A stretch of 64,000 bases of DNA from Macrostomum lignano (GCA_002269645.1 NIVC01003722.1:16578-80577), one strand, 5' to 3'; shown: positions 1 to 13,864, counted from the stretch's first letter. Numbers and translations are program-made. Notes: a model not told the origin generated them from the letters alone.

Positions 1-429
1 TACCAGTGCACTATTTTGTTACAGTATTATGTAATATTAGGCTGTGATATGCTGCTAATTGTTGTTCTGCTTTTAGTACTCCCGGGTATATCAGCTATCA
101 GGCGTCAATTCCAGGGCCTAGTTAAAGATTATATCATAGGAGTTACTAAAAATAGCACTTTACTAGGCTACGTCACTAAACAAATAAATCACGAGATATA
201 TTTAAATATTGAATTTAAGCTCTGCTCTCTTCGCCCGCCGAGCCTCCAACTGCTGATTTAATTGTGTTGTCCGCTTCTTCCGTTGATAATCTGGATAATC
301 CGGCCTACTTCGATGGTGCTGATTTAGTGCATTTGAAATCCCTTAAAATCGCTTTGCTTTTACCTGTTAGTTAGATCATTCTATTTGTTCACCTGGCTTC
401 TCACTTGAGTACAATCATAGCATAACCTG

Positions 430-1550
430 AAGTAGAGGTTAGCAGCGGGGCCTGAAGTTTTTGTGGCAGCGGAGCCTAAAGTATTAGTGGCAGCAGGGCC
501 TGACGTATTAGTGGCAGCGGCACCTGAAGTATTAGTGGCAGCGGCGCCTGAAGTATTAGTGACAGCGGGGCCTGAAGTATTAGTGACAGCGGCACCTGAA
601 GTATTAGTGGCAGCGGCACCTGAAGTTTTTGTGGCAGCGGAGCCTAAAGTATTAGTGGCAGCAGGGCCTGACGTATTAGTGGCAGCGGCACCTGAAGTAT
701 TAGTGGCAGCGGCGCCTGAAGTATTAGTGACAGCGGGGCCTGAAGTATTAGTGACAGCGGCACCTGAAGTATTCGTGGCAGCGGCACCTGAAGTATTAGT
801 GGCAGCGGGGCCTGAAGTATTAGTGGCAGTGGGGCCTGAAGTATTAGTGGCAGCGGCACCTGAAGTATTAGTGGCAGCGGCACCTGAAGTATTAGTGGCA
901 GTGGGGCCTGAAGTATTAGTGGCAACGGGGCCTGACGTATTAGTGGCAGCGGCACCTGAAGTATTAGTGACAGCGGGGCCTGAAGTATTAGTGGCAGCGG
1001 CACCTGAAGTATTAGTGGCATTGGGGCCTGAAGTATTAGTGGCAGCGGCACCTGAAGTATTAGTGGCATTGGGGCCTGAAGTATTAGTGACAGTGGGGCC
1101 TGAAGTATTAGTGGCAGCGGGGCCTGAAGTATTAGTGGCAGCGGGGCCTGACGTATTAGTGGCAGCGGCACCTGAAGTATTAGTGGCATTGGGGCCTGAA
1201 GTATTAGTGGCAGCGGGGCCTGAAGTACGAGTATTAGTGGCAGCGGGGCCTGAAGTATTAGTGGCATTGGGGCCTGAAGTATTAGTGGCAGCGGGGCCTG
1301 AAGTATTAGTGGCAGCGGGGCCTGAAGTATTAGTGGCAGCGGGGCCTGAAGTAATAGTGACAGTGGGGCCTGAAGTATTAGTGACAGTGGGGCCTGAAGT
1401 ATTAGTGGCAGCGGCACCTGAAGTATTAGTGGCAGCGGCACCTGACGTATTAGTGGCAGCGGCACCTGAAGTATTAGTGGCAGCGGCACCTGAAGTATTA
1501 GTGGCAGCGGCACCTGACGTATTAGTGGCAGCGGCACCTGAAGTAGAGAT
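430..1550. repeat. 24-bp minisatellite (GTATTAGTGGCAGCGGCACCTGAA)n
   Basis: Unit read directly. It explains the VLVAAAPE / LPLILQAP ORFs. Confidence 0.95.
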
Positions 1551-1829
1551 GGCAGCAGCTATGAGTACTGAATGACTAAGTGTAGACAGCAGTTTTCAGA
1601 GAATCTACACATATCAGTCTTGTTTGCATATTGGTGTATTGCTATTTCACTCTATTTTTGTTACCTTATTGTTAAAGCAAATTGTTTTATTGTATATCAT
1701 GTCAAGTTTCTTCACCGTTGTTGTATTTTGAGTTATTGTTATGAATAATATTAGTATTAATAACAGCTGCAGAACAATTTAAAGCAACAATTAAATTCGC
1801 GTATTCACTTCTATTAAATACATTCTCAG

Positions 1830-2046
1830 ACACGGCCTACATGAGTTTGCCGCAGAATTTGTCCACACAGCAGCAGCAGCAGCAGCAGCAGCAACATCTG
1901 ACGCTGCCACCAAAACCGAAGCTGCCGCTACAACGCCAATCGTCGGGCTCCGATAATCTTGCTGGAGGCGCGGCCGCAACTGCTGCTAAACAGCGTCAGA
2001 CAATGCTGCTGGCTGACTCTACGGACGGGCCCGTGACCAGGAGAGA
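1830..2046 (+). CDS. Probable internal exon of an unidentified Gln-rich protein
   Basis: Preceded by ttctcag and followed by a GTGAGT donor at 2047. Open frame MSLPQNLSTQ9HLTLPPKPKLPLQRQSSGSDNL...; family not recognised. Confidence 0.4.
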
Positions 2047-2339
2047 GTGAGTCTCTTCTTTCTTTAATTCCTTGCTTCGCTTCTGCTGTAAACTGTTCTG
2101 TTAGTCTCCACTAGTTTCATATGGCTACAGACTCGTGTCTAGCTCGTATTTTATCGGCCACTAGGGAATCACTGTCCCTGGCTTGCTTCATCACCTGTTA
2201 TCTGTTATCAGTTCGCTACCTTTTATCTGTCTTCCATTTTCTGGTCTCGCTTCCTTTCCCAGCCTCTCCACTTGTTCTCCTACCCAGTGCTCAGTGCCCA
2301 GTGCCGGCTATCCCGTCCTCTCTGCCCGCTCTCTTACCC

Positions 2340-2682
2340 TCGATGCCCGCTTTCCCTCCCTGTCCGCTCTCCCGCCCTGTCCGCTCTCCCGCCCTGTCCG
2401 CTCTCCCGCCCTCCCTGTCCACTCTCCCGCCCTGTCCGCTCTCCCGCCCTCCCTGTCCACTCTCCCGCCCTGTCCGCTCTCCCGCCCTGTCCGCTCTCCC
2501 GCCCTGTCCGCTCTCCCGCCCTCCCTGTCCACTCTCCCGCCCTGTCCGCTCTCCCGCCCTCCCTGTCCACTCTCCCGCCCTGTCCGCTCTCCCGCCCGCC
2601 CTGTCCGCTCTCCCGCCCGCCCTGTCCGCTCTCCCGCCCGCCCTGTCCGCTCTCCCGCCCGCCCTGTCCACTCTCCCGCCCT
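2340..2682. repeat. C-rich 17/21-bp minisatellite (CCCTGTCCGCTCTCCCG)n
   Basis: Unit read directly. Confidence 0.9.
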
Positions 2683-3255
2683 TTAGGAAAAAGCTGCATC
2701 TCTCTGCCGCTCTCAAAAGCCAAGGAACTGCAGGATCTGGCTGCACTGCGAGCTACAGTGTTATCTTTTCATGCTACCGATTTTCATTCTGCACTTTCGT
2801 CTCAGCTTAAGATCCGAAAATATTTTGCTGTCAATAATTGGCAGAGCAAAAACCAAAAACACCTGGGGACACAAAGGCGTTTTTCCCGTCTTTTTTCTCT
2901 GCTGGAGCTGCATCGGTTAAACAGAGAGTTAAAAAATAATTGCGCAATTTTCTTTTGCTTTTAACCAGCTGTGCCCAGCTAATCTCTGCTCGATTAGTTC
3001 TCAGTGGTCGAAATGATTAAATATTGGTTTTTAGCCAGGGAGAGATGACTTTATAAATAGTTTAAGAAAGGCGTCATCGTCTGCCTAGAATAGAAGAAAA
3101 GGATTTGTGCAACTATTTTTCCCTTTTTCTGTTTTTTTAAATGGCTTTATTTAGATTTCCTGCGCGAAATAAGCAAATATTTTCGAGGTTAGCAATGGAT
3201 GGCTAGGCAATTACCTACTCAACTGAGATATCCACATGTGTGTGACAGTCTGATA

Positions 3256-5270
3256 GAAGTCAGTAGATTGGTGACTGGAGTTCAAAAGTCAGTAGATTGG
3301 TGACTGAAGTTCACAAGTCAGTAGATTGGTGACTGGAGTTCAAAAGTCAGTAGCTTGGTGACTGGAGTTCAAAAGTCAGTAGATTGGTGACTGAAGTTCA
3401 CAAGTCAGTAGATTGGTGACTGGAGTTCACAAGTCAGTAGATTGGATGGTGACTGGAGTTCACAAGTCAGTAGATTGGTGACTGGAGTTCACAAGTCAGT
3501 AGATTGGATGGTGACTGGAGTTCACAAGTCAGTAGATTGGTGACTGGAGTTCAAAAGTCAGTAGATTGGTGACTGAAGTTCACAAGTCAGTAGATTGGTG
3601 ACTGGAGTTCAAAAGTCAGTAGATTGGTGACTGAAGTTCACAAGTCAGTAGATTGGTGACTGAAGTTCAAAAGTCAGTAGATTGGTGACTGAAGTTCACA
3701 AGTCAGTAGATTGGATGGTGACTGGAGTTCACAAGTCAGTAGATTGGTGACTGGAGTTCACAAGTCAGTAGATTGGATGGTGACTGGAGTTCACAAGTCA
3801 GTAGATTGGTGACTGGAGTTCACAAGTCAGTAGATTGGTGACTGAAGTTCACAAGTCAGTAGATTGGTGACTGGAGTTCACAAGTCAGTAGATTGGTGAC
3901 TGGAGTTCACAAGTCAGTAGATTGGTGACTGGAGTTCACAAGTCAGTAGATTGGTGACTGGAGTTCAAAAGTCAGTAGATTGGTGACTGAAGTTCACAAG
4001 TCAGTAGATTGGTGACTGGAGTTCAAAAGTCAGTAGATTGGTGACTGAAGTTCACAAGTCAGTAGATTGGTGACTGGAGTTCACAAGTCAGTAGATTGGT
4101 GACTGGAGTTCAAAAGTCAGTAGATTGGTGACTGAAGTTCACAAGTCAGTAGATTGGATGGTGACTGGAGTTCACAAGTCAGTAGATTGGTGACTGAAGT
4201 TCAAAAGTCAGTAGATTGGTGACTGAAGTTCACAAGTCAGTAGATTGGTGACTGGAGTTCAAAAGTCAGTAGATTGGTGACTGAAGTTCACAAGTCAGTA
4301 GATTGGTGACTGGAGTTCAAAAGTCAGTAGATTGGTGACTGAAGTTCACAAGTCAGTAGATTGGTGACTGGAGTTCACAAGTCAGTAGATTGGTGACTGG
4401 AGTTCAAAAGTCAGTAGATTGGTGACTGAAGTTCACAAGTCAGTAGATTGGATGGTGACTGGAGTTCACAAGTCAGTAGATTGGTGACTGGAGTTCACAA
4501 GTCAGTAGATTGGATGGTGACTGGAGTTCACAAGTCAGTAGATTGGTGACTGAAGTTCAAAAGTCAGTAGATTGGTGACTGGAGTTCACAAGTCAGTAGA
4601 TTGGTGACTGGAGTTCAAAAGTCAGTAGATTGGTGACTGAAGTTCACAAGTCAGTAGATTGGTGACTGGAGTTCACAAGTCAGTAGATTGGTGACTGGAG
4701 TTCAAAAGTCAGTAGATTGGTGACTGGAGTTCACAAGTCAGTAGATTGGATGGTGACTGGAGTTCACAAGTCAGTAGATTGGTGACTGAAGTTCAAAAGT
4801 CAGTAGATTGGTGACTGGAGTTCACAAGTCAGTAGATTGGTGACTGGAGTTCAAAAGTCAGTAGATTGGTGACTGAAGTTCACAAGTCAGTAGATTGGTG
4901 ACTGGAGTTCACAAGTCAGTAGATTGGTGACTGAAGTTCACAAGTCAGTAGATTGGTGACTGGAGTTCACAAGTCAGTAGATTGGATGGTGACTGGAGTT
5001 CACAAGTCAGTAGATTGGTGACTGAAGTTCACAAGTCAGTAGATTGGTGACTGGAGTTCACAAGTCAGTAGATTGGTGACTGGAGTTCAAAAGTCAGTAG
5101 ATTGGTGACTGGAGTTCACAAGTCAGTAGATTGGATGGTGACTGGAGTTCACAAGTCAGTAGATTGGTGACTGGAGTTCACAAGTCAGTAGATTGGATGG
5201 TGACTGGAGTTCAAAAGTCAGTAGATTGGTGACTGGAGTTCACAAGTCAGTAGATTGGTGACTGGAGTTT
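3256..5270. repeat. 29-bp satellite (AGTCAGTAGATTGGTGACTGGAGTTCACA)n, about 2 kb
   Basis: Head-to-tail units with G/A and C/A variants and an occasional 4-nt GATG insertion. Confidence 0.95.
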
Positions 5271-6491
5271 ACTACAAGTCAGATTGTTGACAGTTTCCCA
5301 CTAGATTTTGATTGACTATCAGCACCGGACAGTCAATGGCTTCCTAATCAGCGCAAATGCGCGTTGCTTTGCATTTACAATCCCGACAGGAAGAATAGCA
5401 TCAGCCATTTGGTCGGCAAGCTCAAGTCCAAAGGCAGTCTGAAAATTAACCGGTTCGGCCAAACAGAATTTCTTTGATTGCCTTACCTGCATTCTTTTGT
5501 CACACAATATGGTTGCTAGTTCAATAACTGGGTCCACTATAATGCTATAAATATATCAGATAGCTATTGCATCAGTTTCCTATCAAATTATTTCGTAAAG
5601 AGTAATTCGCCGATTCCAATATTTAGTGATAAATTTTGAATCATTTTTTCACATTTAATTACTAGCTATTTTTTAAAAATAGTTCGGTTTTTGTAGACGA
5701 AAATAATCGAATGAAATCCTAAACAAAAATTTGGGCGTGCATTGAACTTTTTTGTCTAAGAACCAGCGTCAACCAATTCATTAAAATTTCCATATTTTTT
5801 CAATAATTCTACTTTAACAAACTTTTTTGACAAAAAAATTAATGAGAAAGATCTGGTTAGATACACAAGAACGAATTCGTTTAGTAGATGATTTTAAAGG
5901 CACTAATCTATGGCTACTACTGACGAAGCCAGTCAGTAGCCAAGTTGGACCGTTATCACCCCAAAATGCATGGGACAGCATGTTTTGACAGTTTTTCAAT
6001 TGATTTTCCTGCAGCAGCATCACCGGCGAACAGCAGCAACAACAGCATGAGATTGAATGTTCACCGGCTTCAGCAACTAAAATATGTGTACGATTGTATA
6101 ATTATTTTTAGACAAACAACTAGCCGTACTCAAAATCAGTTCAAATGCGATGCCTCACTGGCTCACTTTTCTAATTTACTGTTCTTTTTATTATACAATT
6201 TCCTCCCTACCTGGTAAATGGCTGCTCAGTGTACTGTCACAATGGTTTGAATTATTCTATTTTTGCTTACATTTAAGGGCGATTTGCATGAGTAGAGTAG
6301 CTTAGTAGGGTATCTGTGTATATTTTTCATTCACTTAAAAATGCATTAAATCTCGCAGTCCATTAGACATTTGCTAAAAAATAGCTAGATCTGGATTAAT
6401 TTTCGTGCATACAGACGTGTAGAGCTTAATGAATTTTCGATTTGAAAATAATACGAAGCGTTTTTGTACTGAAGTAAATTTTTATCAGTCA

Positions 6492-7655
6492 ATGTACACA
6501 CACCCCAGATCAACCCTCATGAATCACATTGTACACACACCCCAGATCAAACCCATGAATCACATTGTACACATCCCAGATCAACCCCATGAATCACAAT
6601 GTACACACACCCCAGATCAACCCTCATGAATCACATTGTACACACACCCCAGATCAACCCTCATGAATCACATTGTACACACACCCCAGATCAACCCTCA
6701 TAAATCACAATGTACACACCCCAGATCAACCCTCATGAATCACATTGTACACACACCCCAGATCAAACCCATGAATCACATTGTACACATCCCAGATCAA
6801 CCCCATGAATCACATTGTACACACACCCCAGATCAACCCTCATGAATCACATTGTACACACACCCCAGATCAACCCTCATAAATCACAATGTACACACCC
6901 CAGATCAACCCCCATGAATCACATTGTACACACGCCCCAGATCAACCCTCATAAATCAATGTACACACTCCAGATCAACCCTCATGAATCACAATGTACA
7001 CACCCCAGATCAACCCTCATAAATCAATGTACACACTCCAGATCAACCCTCATGAATCACAATGTACACACCCCAGATCAACCCTCATAAATCACAATGT
7101 ACACACTCCAGATCAACCCTCATGAATCACAATGTACACACCCCAGATCAACCCTCATAAATCACAATGTACACACTCCAGATCAACCCTCATGAATCAC
7201 AATGTACACACCCCAGATCAACCCCCATGAATCACAATGTACACACACTCCAGATCAACCCTCATGAATCACAATGTACACACACTCCAGATCAACCCTC
7301 ATAAATCACAATGTACACACCCAGATCAACACCCATGAATCACATTGTACACACACCCCAGATCAACCCTCATAAATCACAATGTACACGCCCCAGATCA
7401 ACCCTCATAAATCACAATGTACACACGCCCCAGATCAACCCTCATGAATCACAATGTACACGCCCCAGATCAACCCTCATAAATCACAATGTACACACGC
7501 CCCAGATCAACCCTCATAAATCACAATGTACACACGCCCCAGATCAACCCTCATAAATCACAATGTACACACGCCCCAGATCAACCTCCATGAGGCACAA
7601 TGTACACACACCCCAGATCAACCCCATGAATCACAATGTACACACGCCCCAGATC
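6492..7655. repeat. About 35-38-bp minisatellite (CACACCCCAGATCAACCCTCATGAATCACAATGTA)n
   Basis: Unit read directly. Confidence 0.92.
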
Positions 7656-7908
7656 AAACCCCTCTTCTCCCAAATGCGTAGGCTAATTCCTTAAACTGTG
7701 GTGGTTGTCATTCAGCTGATTTATGAATATACATGCATTTTAAGTCTTCCTCTTTTCACTCTACGGAGATGGGTACCTTAAGCACGCGCGTCACGTTTAT
7801 TTTTTCAATACTGATGATTACTCAGTTTCGTCATCACATTCACAATAAATCCATCATTAGTGTTGTATCTAAACCCAGCCCTTCTTTTAACGCCGTTGCC
7901 AATTTTAG

Positions 7909-8292
7909 CCCGCGGTACCACCCAGACCCGCCCGCCGCCCGGCCGGCCACGGCCTTCCTGCCCGCCAGCTCGCCCGCCCGACCTAGAAAAGCGGCTCCGC
8001 CACCGCCGCCGCCCACTCAGCAACAGCAGCGAAATCATACTGAACAGGCTGAACCTGTGCAGCAACAGCAGCCCCACCAGCCTTCACCGTCACCTGCGCA
8101 GCAGCCTCCGCCGCCCCAGCAACCGCCTCAGCAGCCTCCGCCGCCTCCACCGCCACAGCAGCAGCAACAGCAACAGCCACATCAGCCGCCGCCTCCGCAG
8201 CAGCCTCCGCCACCTCCACCTCCACAGCAGCAGCAACAGCAACAGCCACATCAGCCGCCGCCTCCGCAGCAGCCTCCGCCGCCTCCACCGCC

Positions 8293-8329
<37 letters not shown>

Positions 8330-8596
8330 CCACATCAGCCGCCGCCTCCGCAGCAGCCTCCGCCGCCTCCACCGCCACAGCAGCAGCAGCAGCAGCAACA
8401 GCAGCAACAGCCACATCAGCCTCCACCAATTCCACCTAACAGGCCGCCCGCTCCGCCGTCATCAACGACCACCGCCGCCCCCCGCCTGGATCTGTCGCTA
8501 AGCGGCAAAGAGGAATCAGAGGCCGCTCTGCCAGCGCCGCTAGCTCCAACGCCGGCCAGACCGCGGCCGCCTCCGCCGCCGGTTCAGCCACCCCAG

Positions 8597-8633
<37 letters not shown>

Positions 8634-8727
8634 CTGGGCAGACCATGGGATCGCAGAATTCCGTGTCATCAAGCGGACCATCGATGGACTCGGTGTTCGC
8701 TGGCGAAAAGGAGGAGGTCACAAACTT
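7909..8727 (+). CDS. Probable Pro/Gln-rich exon of an unidentified protein (possibly the same gene as 1830-2046)
   Basis: Acceptor aattttag ends at 7908 and a GTGAGC donor starts at 8728. GC-rich open frame with polyQ/polyP blocks ending ...MGSQNSVSSSGPSMDSVFAGEKEEVTNL. Confidence 0.5.
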
Positions 8728-9332
8728 GTGAGCTGCTACTGGCCCCATGCAGACATCGGATGCTATTATTCATCAGCATTCTGTGATTAACTTCACTATC
8801 CGGGAGACTTGGTCATCTTTCTCTATTTGGTTCTTTACGCCTGTTAATTATATATATTTTTTATTTTAGCTGTCGGCATTAGCTTAAACTTTCCAGACAC
8901 CATAACTTTTCCAATAGGCCATTTCTTATTTCACAATCAGCGCACTAACCGTTTGTTAATTGGTCATTCCACGGTTTCAATTTATATTTTTCCGTTTCTT
9001 TATAAGCCTCTATCAATATTGATCGTTCGGCATTGCATCAGTTGCTGTTGCCGGTTCCTTCCATTTTTTAGATGCCGAGATTTTTTTATTATTGTGATAT
9101 TAGACAAAATTCAATTTATCAATATCCCTAGCTTTCTATGGTACGATGCTCGTAATTCCCAACCTTATTGAACTGCTGTTGATGCTTCTGTGATTTCTTG
9201 ATAGCAAATTGTTCCTTGCATGTTCACACACCCACTCAATGTGAGTCGGTTGTGTTGTATGGCATGACTGACTTCGCTCTGTTTCTTTGTTATTAGATTA
9301 AAATGTACTTTTCTAGCTTACTTTTGACTGAA

Positions 9333-9828
9333 ATCTGCAGATTGGTTATCCTAATGTGTTGAGATCTGCAGATTGATTATCCTAATGTGTTGAGATCTGC
9401 AGATTGATTATCCTAATGTGTTGAGATCTGCAGATTGGTTATCCTAATGTGTTGAGATCTGCAGATTGATTATCCTAATGTGTTGCGATCTGCAGATTGA
9501 TTATCCTAATGTGTTGAGATCTGCAGATTGGTTATCCTAATGTGTTGCGATCTGCAGATTGATTATCCTAATGTGTTGCCATCTGCAGATTGATTATCCT
9601 AATGTGTTGAGATCTGCAGATTGGTTATCCTAATGTGTTGAGATCTGCAGATTGATTATCCTAATGTGTTGAGATCTGCAGATTGATTATCCTAATGTGT
9701 TGAGATCTGCAGATTGGTTATCCTAATGTGTTGCGATCTGCAGATTGGTTATCCTAAGGTGTTGAGATCTGCAGATTGATTATCCTAATGTGTTGCGATC
9801 TGCAGATTGATTATCCTAATGTGTTGCG
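9333..9828. repeat. 31-bp minisatellite (GAGATCTGCAGATTGATTATCCTAATGTGTT)n
   Basis: Unit read directly. Each unit carries the 10-bp palindrome ATCTGCAGAT. Confidence 0.93.
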
Positions 9829-10341
9829 AGTGTCATCTTTCCGATCGCTGAGAGTTGCGCAGCCGATGCTGCGGTTGATATTAAGCTCTGCACTTTAGCC
9901 AGTTTGTTGTCAACACCTCCTCCAGAAAAGTTTTATTCATTCAGCTTTTGAAACTTAGCTAGTTATTAAAATCGAGTTTAAACGCTATGTATTCGTGCTC
10001 AAAAAACTGACTCAAAGCCTTCGTTTCTATGCGAGATCAACTGGTGGCCAAGTGTGCTGTTAGTTTTTATTATCGAATGCTCCACTCCCAGCCTTAGAGC
10101 CGCTTTATTCATGCAGTGATTATCCCTCTCGTAATGTTTTATTCTTATATAAATAATTTTGATGTTTGAAAACACTTGCGTATAAATATATATATTTAAA
10201 ATCATGCTATTATTATTCACTACACAAGGTTGAACACTACACTGATTTGTTGCGACTTGGGCTCGTATTTTTACATAATTGAACTTGACTTGACTCAGCA
10301 TTGACTTGCTTGCTTGAATTTCTTTTTGCTTTTCAATTTTC

Positions 10342-10708
10342 CTCAGCCTGTCACTCCCTCACCCACTCAGCCTGTCACTCCTTTACCCACTCAGCCTGTC
10401 ACTCCTTCATCCACTCAGTCTGTCACTCCCTCACCCACTCAGCCTGTCACTCCCTCACCCACTCAGCCTGTCACTCCCTCACCCGCTCAGCCTGTCACTC
10501 CCTCACCCGCTCAGCCTGTCACTCCCTCACCCACTCAGCCTGTCACTCCTTTACCCACTCAGCCTGTCACTCCTTCATCCACTCAGTCTGTCACTCCCTC
10601 ACCCACTCAGCCTGTCACTCCCTCACCCACTCAGCCTGTCACTCCCTCACCCGCTCAGCCTGTCACTCCCTTACCCACTCAGCCTGTCACTCCTTCAACC
10701 ACTCAGCT
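10342..10708. repeat. 24-bp minisatellite (ACTCAGCCTGTCACTCCCTCACCC)n
   Basis: Unit read directly. It explains the [11 protein letters not shown]. Confidence 0.9.
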
Positions 10709-12599
10709 TTTCGCCAAGAACGCTCTAAGTATTACGTAAAGCATCCTTTCTTGGAAAACATTCGAAGGCTGAATTTACTTGAAACAATACACTATCGTTT
10801 CTTTAAAGATTTTCTAAGAAGAATGTTTCCAGTTCTGCCACGTGGGTCGTCCTTGCCTCTGGCTTGTCACCCTCACCTGCTCTATACGTCCCGCCACACC
10901 TCTAGTGCTGCAGTCAGCTTGTCTTGAGTAAGTGGAAGATTATTGTAGCTTATTTACAATGCAGTTGGGGTTTCCCTGCGATTAGATCGGACATACAGAG
11001 GCTAATCCCATGGCAAGTCCTTCCGTCCTGTTATTTGGCTGGTCAGTAATTAAAAAATTTGGGTTAACAATCGCTGGGCCACTCTGCCAGGCCTTCGGGT
11101 ACAGCTGGCAACGGGGTTTGGAGTTTGGCGCGCATTTTTTGGCAGAATCGCTTATTACGCGCCTGCCTGGATGCGCGGCAATAATTTATTCAAGGGAGAG
11201 TAATAAATAATGCATCCCATAAGGCCCCTTCTAATTAATTAATTAGCAGTGATTCTGGCTGCCTCTGGCGATGCCCAGTACGAGAGAATGCTGCTGCTGC
11301 TGTGCATTCGAAAATCTTTAGGCTATGGCGAGCGTATGGACACACGTTTATTTTCTAAATTTTGGCAATGCCTCCCTTAGGGGCTGTATATCGTATAGCT
11401 CAGCTTGCTGGATGGACTCTTCAAAGTTCGAGCCCGGAAGGTCTACAACGATTTTCGTCAAATGGCTCTGCTGCGATTGTCAATTAAAATGATGCAACGT
11501 GGCACGCACAGGGAGCATGCGTGCCGCCGCGTCTTCTCATCTTTTGCGTGAGGGAGCACTGATTTTCGGAGGGGAGGGGGGGCGCTAGCTACATGTAAAT
11601 TATTCACATTTCCAAAGCTTGGCTCTCGATGCCAGCCCTTGGAAATAAACTGCTTAATTAAACCTGGCGTGCCCTAATTGACTTTTCGCTTGACACCTGG
11701 AAACTGCTGGCTTGACAGTTTCATTTTTTGCTGCATTAAAAAGATGGATAATTAAATCCGCTTTGGCGGAGGCGAGCGGCGGTTTTATTTCGAGGAATAA
11801 TCTTTAATAAATGATAATTAGACAGAGTCCCGCGATCACTCCTCAAGAGTTGCGAGCCGGGCGCGACTCTAGACTTCAATTTGCTCAGCCGGAATCTCCC
11901 AGTACTTCACTGGCCACCACTTCCGCATTCTGAAATTCGGGTCAATTCGGATCGATTGCAGGAATTCTGGTGTACGCTCGTAGAGACATGAGAGGGGAGG
12001 GCGTAGCCTACGCGCCTAGCGCGGCGCCCAGGCAAATTGGAATCACGGCTTGGCTTTGCTCGTGCAATTGAAGGCTTTGAGGGCCAACCCCCGAGGCACA
12101 GTGAAATGTACATGCCTAACGATAAATAAAGTTAGGGCCGCTGTACACTCCTGTGTGAGTGTGTGCCTGTGCGTGTGACTGCGTACGTATCCGCGCGCTT
12201 GTGTGCCTGCTCAGGGAAGTCGGCGTAATGGGCAGTAATGCCTTTCGCCGGTTGTGTGACAATGTCGCCTAAAATGCGCCAGGGTGCACACAGCCCCCTG
12301 CCTCTTATCTAAAAAACATACGGAGACCGACAGTAGCTTTATCATTACTATTATCACTTATACTCAGCAACATTGAAAAGCCGCCACCCTTTGCCCCAGT
12401 GAGCAGTGTCTCTATCAACTGGCCAACTATTTTGATATTAAAAATGCTTGAAAAACTATGAAAACCGGGCGGAAGTTTCAATCCATCCAATCTTCGCCCT
12501 CCACTCTTCCCAATCCCTCCTCACTAGCTCAACTCTGCGTCGCGTGGCGCAAGTTGCGTCACTCAAAGTCAATACTGAGCTAGAATTTACTGCACACTC

Positions 12600-12965
12600 T
12601 CAAAGGTTGTTGAAGATCCTCAAAATGCCCTTTGCAGCAATACGCGGGTGTTGAAATTGGCACCCTACACCAAGGCCGATTTCATCAGCTTGCGCCCTGA
12701 CATGAGAAGATAAAGAAGATTTATTATAATCAGACAATGATCACCTTTGAAACCGGTGGCCCAGCGCCGCCTTGACCGCCTCCGACACCAGCTGCCGCTG
12801 TCTGCCTTTGCCAGCCCGGACTGGCCAGGTCTCCCCAGCCTCCTCCAGGGGATCCTCGGCGCCGCCCGCCGACATCCGTGAGGGTCGCCCAGCCGCCTCG
12901 GCCGAGAGCAGCGCCAGGGTCAGCAGCAGCAGGAGACTGGCTTTGCCTCGCATCTCTATTCTCAT
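12600..12965 (-). CDS. Candidate small secreted protein / peptide precursor (about 105 aa, 2 coding exons)
   Basis: Exons 12965-12745 and 12696-12600, joined by a 48-bp GT-AG intron in frame. Hydrophobic signal-like N-terminus (KASLLLLLTLALLSAEA). Upstream 5'UTR donor AAG|GTAAGC at 13110/13109 and a TATA box. Confidence 0.45.
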
Positions 12966-13221
12966 CGCTGCGGTGCAGAGTCCGGTCTATTAACTACTTG
13001 GGAAAGTCTGAAGATAATTGTTGGGTGTCTATGTGAGCTTTGGAGACCGTAGCTTAGTCAGTTGGGGGGGGGGGAGTTTCGCTTATTGCTGAGCATAATT
13101 TCCGCTTACCTTGTGTCCAGGTGACAAGAACCTCTTGAGCCTGCTTGGGTGAAGTCTATTAATAGCTGACCTGAAGCAACGACGCCCGTCGAAGCGGTTC
13201 GTTTCCCTGCTTATAGCCAAC

Positions 13222-13275
13222 TATTTATAAAGGTAGCGGAACTCCCTGGTTGAGTGGAGTCTGAGCCAATCAGAT
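13222..13275 (-). promoter_or_regulatory. TATA box (TATAAATA, minus strand 13229-13222) with a nearby CCAAT box
   Basis: Consensus TATAAATAG upstream of the candidate secreted-peptide gene; GCCAATCAG near 13265-13273. Confidence 0.45.
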
Positions 13276-13695
13276 GCTGAGGCTGCATGGGAGTTAGCGT
13301 TTTTATTATTACGATCCAATCCATTAAATTGCTACATCATTGGCTGCATCACGGACGCACTGCAACGAGTCAAAGCCAGCAGAGGACCTGGAGTTCCTGA
13401 ACTCGTTTCTAGGCGTTGTCGCATTAATTTTAGGTGGAGCTCCCAGAGACTAAGAAGTAATTGAGTTTCTGAGGTGAGGCAATGAACGAAGTGCTCTGTC
13501 TGCGTATTAGAGGTCTCTGTCTGTCTGTGTGCTTGGGCGTTGCAAGGACTTCTCTCAATGAATAGGATTAAATGATTACATTCATAGCTCCCTGGTGGTA
13601 AATGCTAACCTGAACCAAGCACAGTGAAAATTTTTAATGATAAAAGCATTAAAATTTCCTCAAAATTTGCTAATGCGTTTTAGGTAAAAAAATCG

Positions 13696-13864
<169 letters not shown>

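Noticed and set aside
463-1575. 370-aa VLVAAAPE repeat protein and other repeat-derived long ORFs (10.3, 21, 26.5, 31.5, 33.5, 35.3, 40.3, 54.2, 60.9 kb)
   Set aside because: They coincide exactly with minisatellites whose units lack stops, and most lie inside introns of identified genes.
3256-5270. CRISPR-like array (also considered for the 31-, 36- and 37-bp arrays)
   Set aside because: Units are head-to-tail with no unique spacers, there are no cas genes, and the DNA is eukaryotic.
12741-12965. Fifth Cys-loop channel paralog
   Set aside because: Only a signal peptide and PSRMS resemble copy B; no 45-bp exon, WxD/WxPD exon, Cys-loop or TM exons were found downstream.
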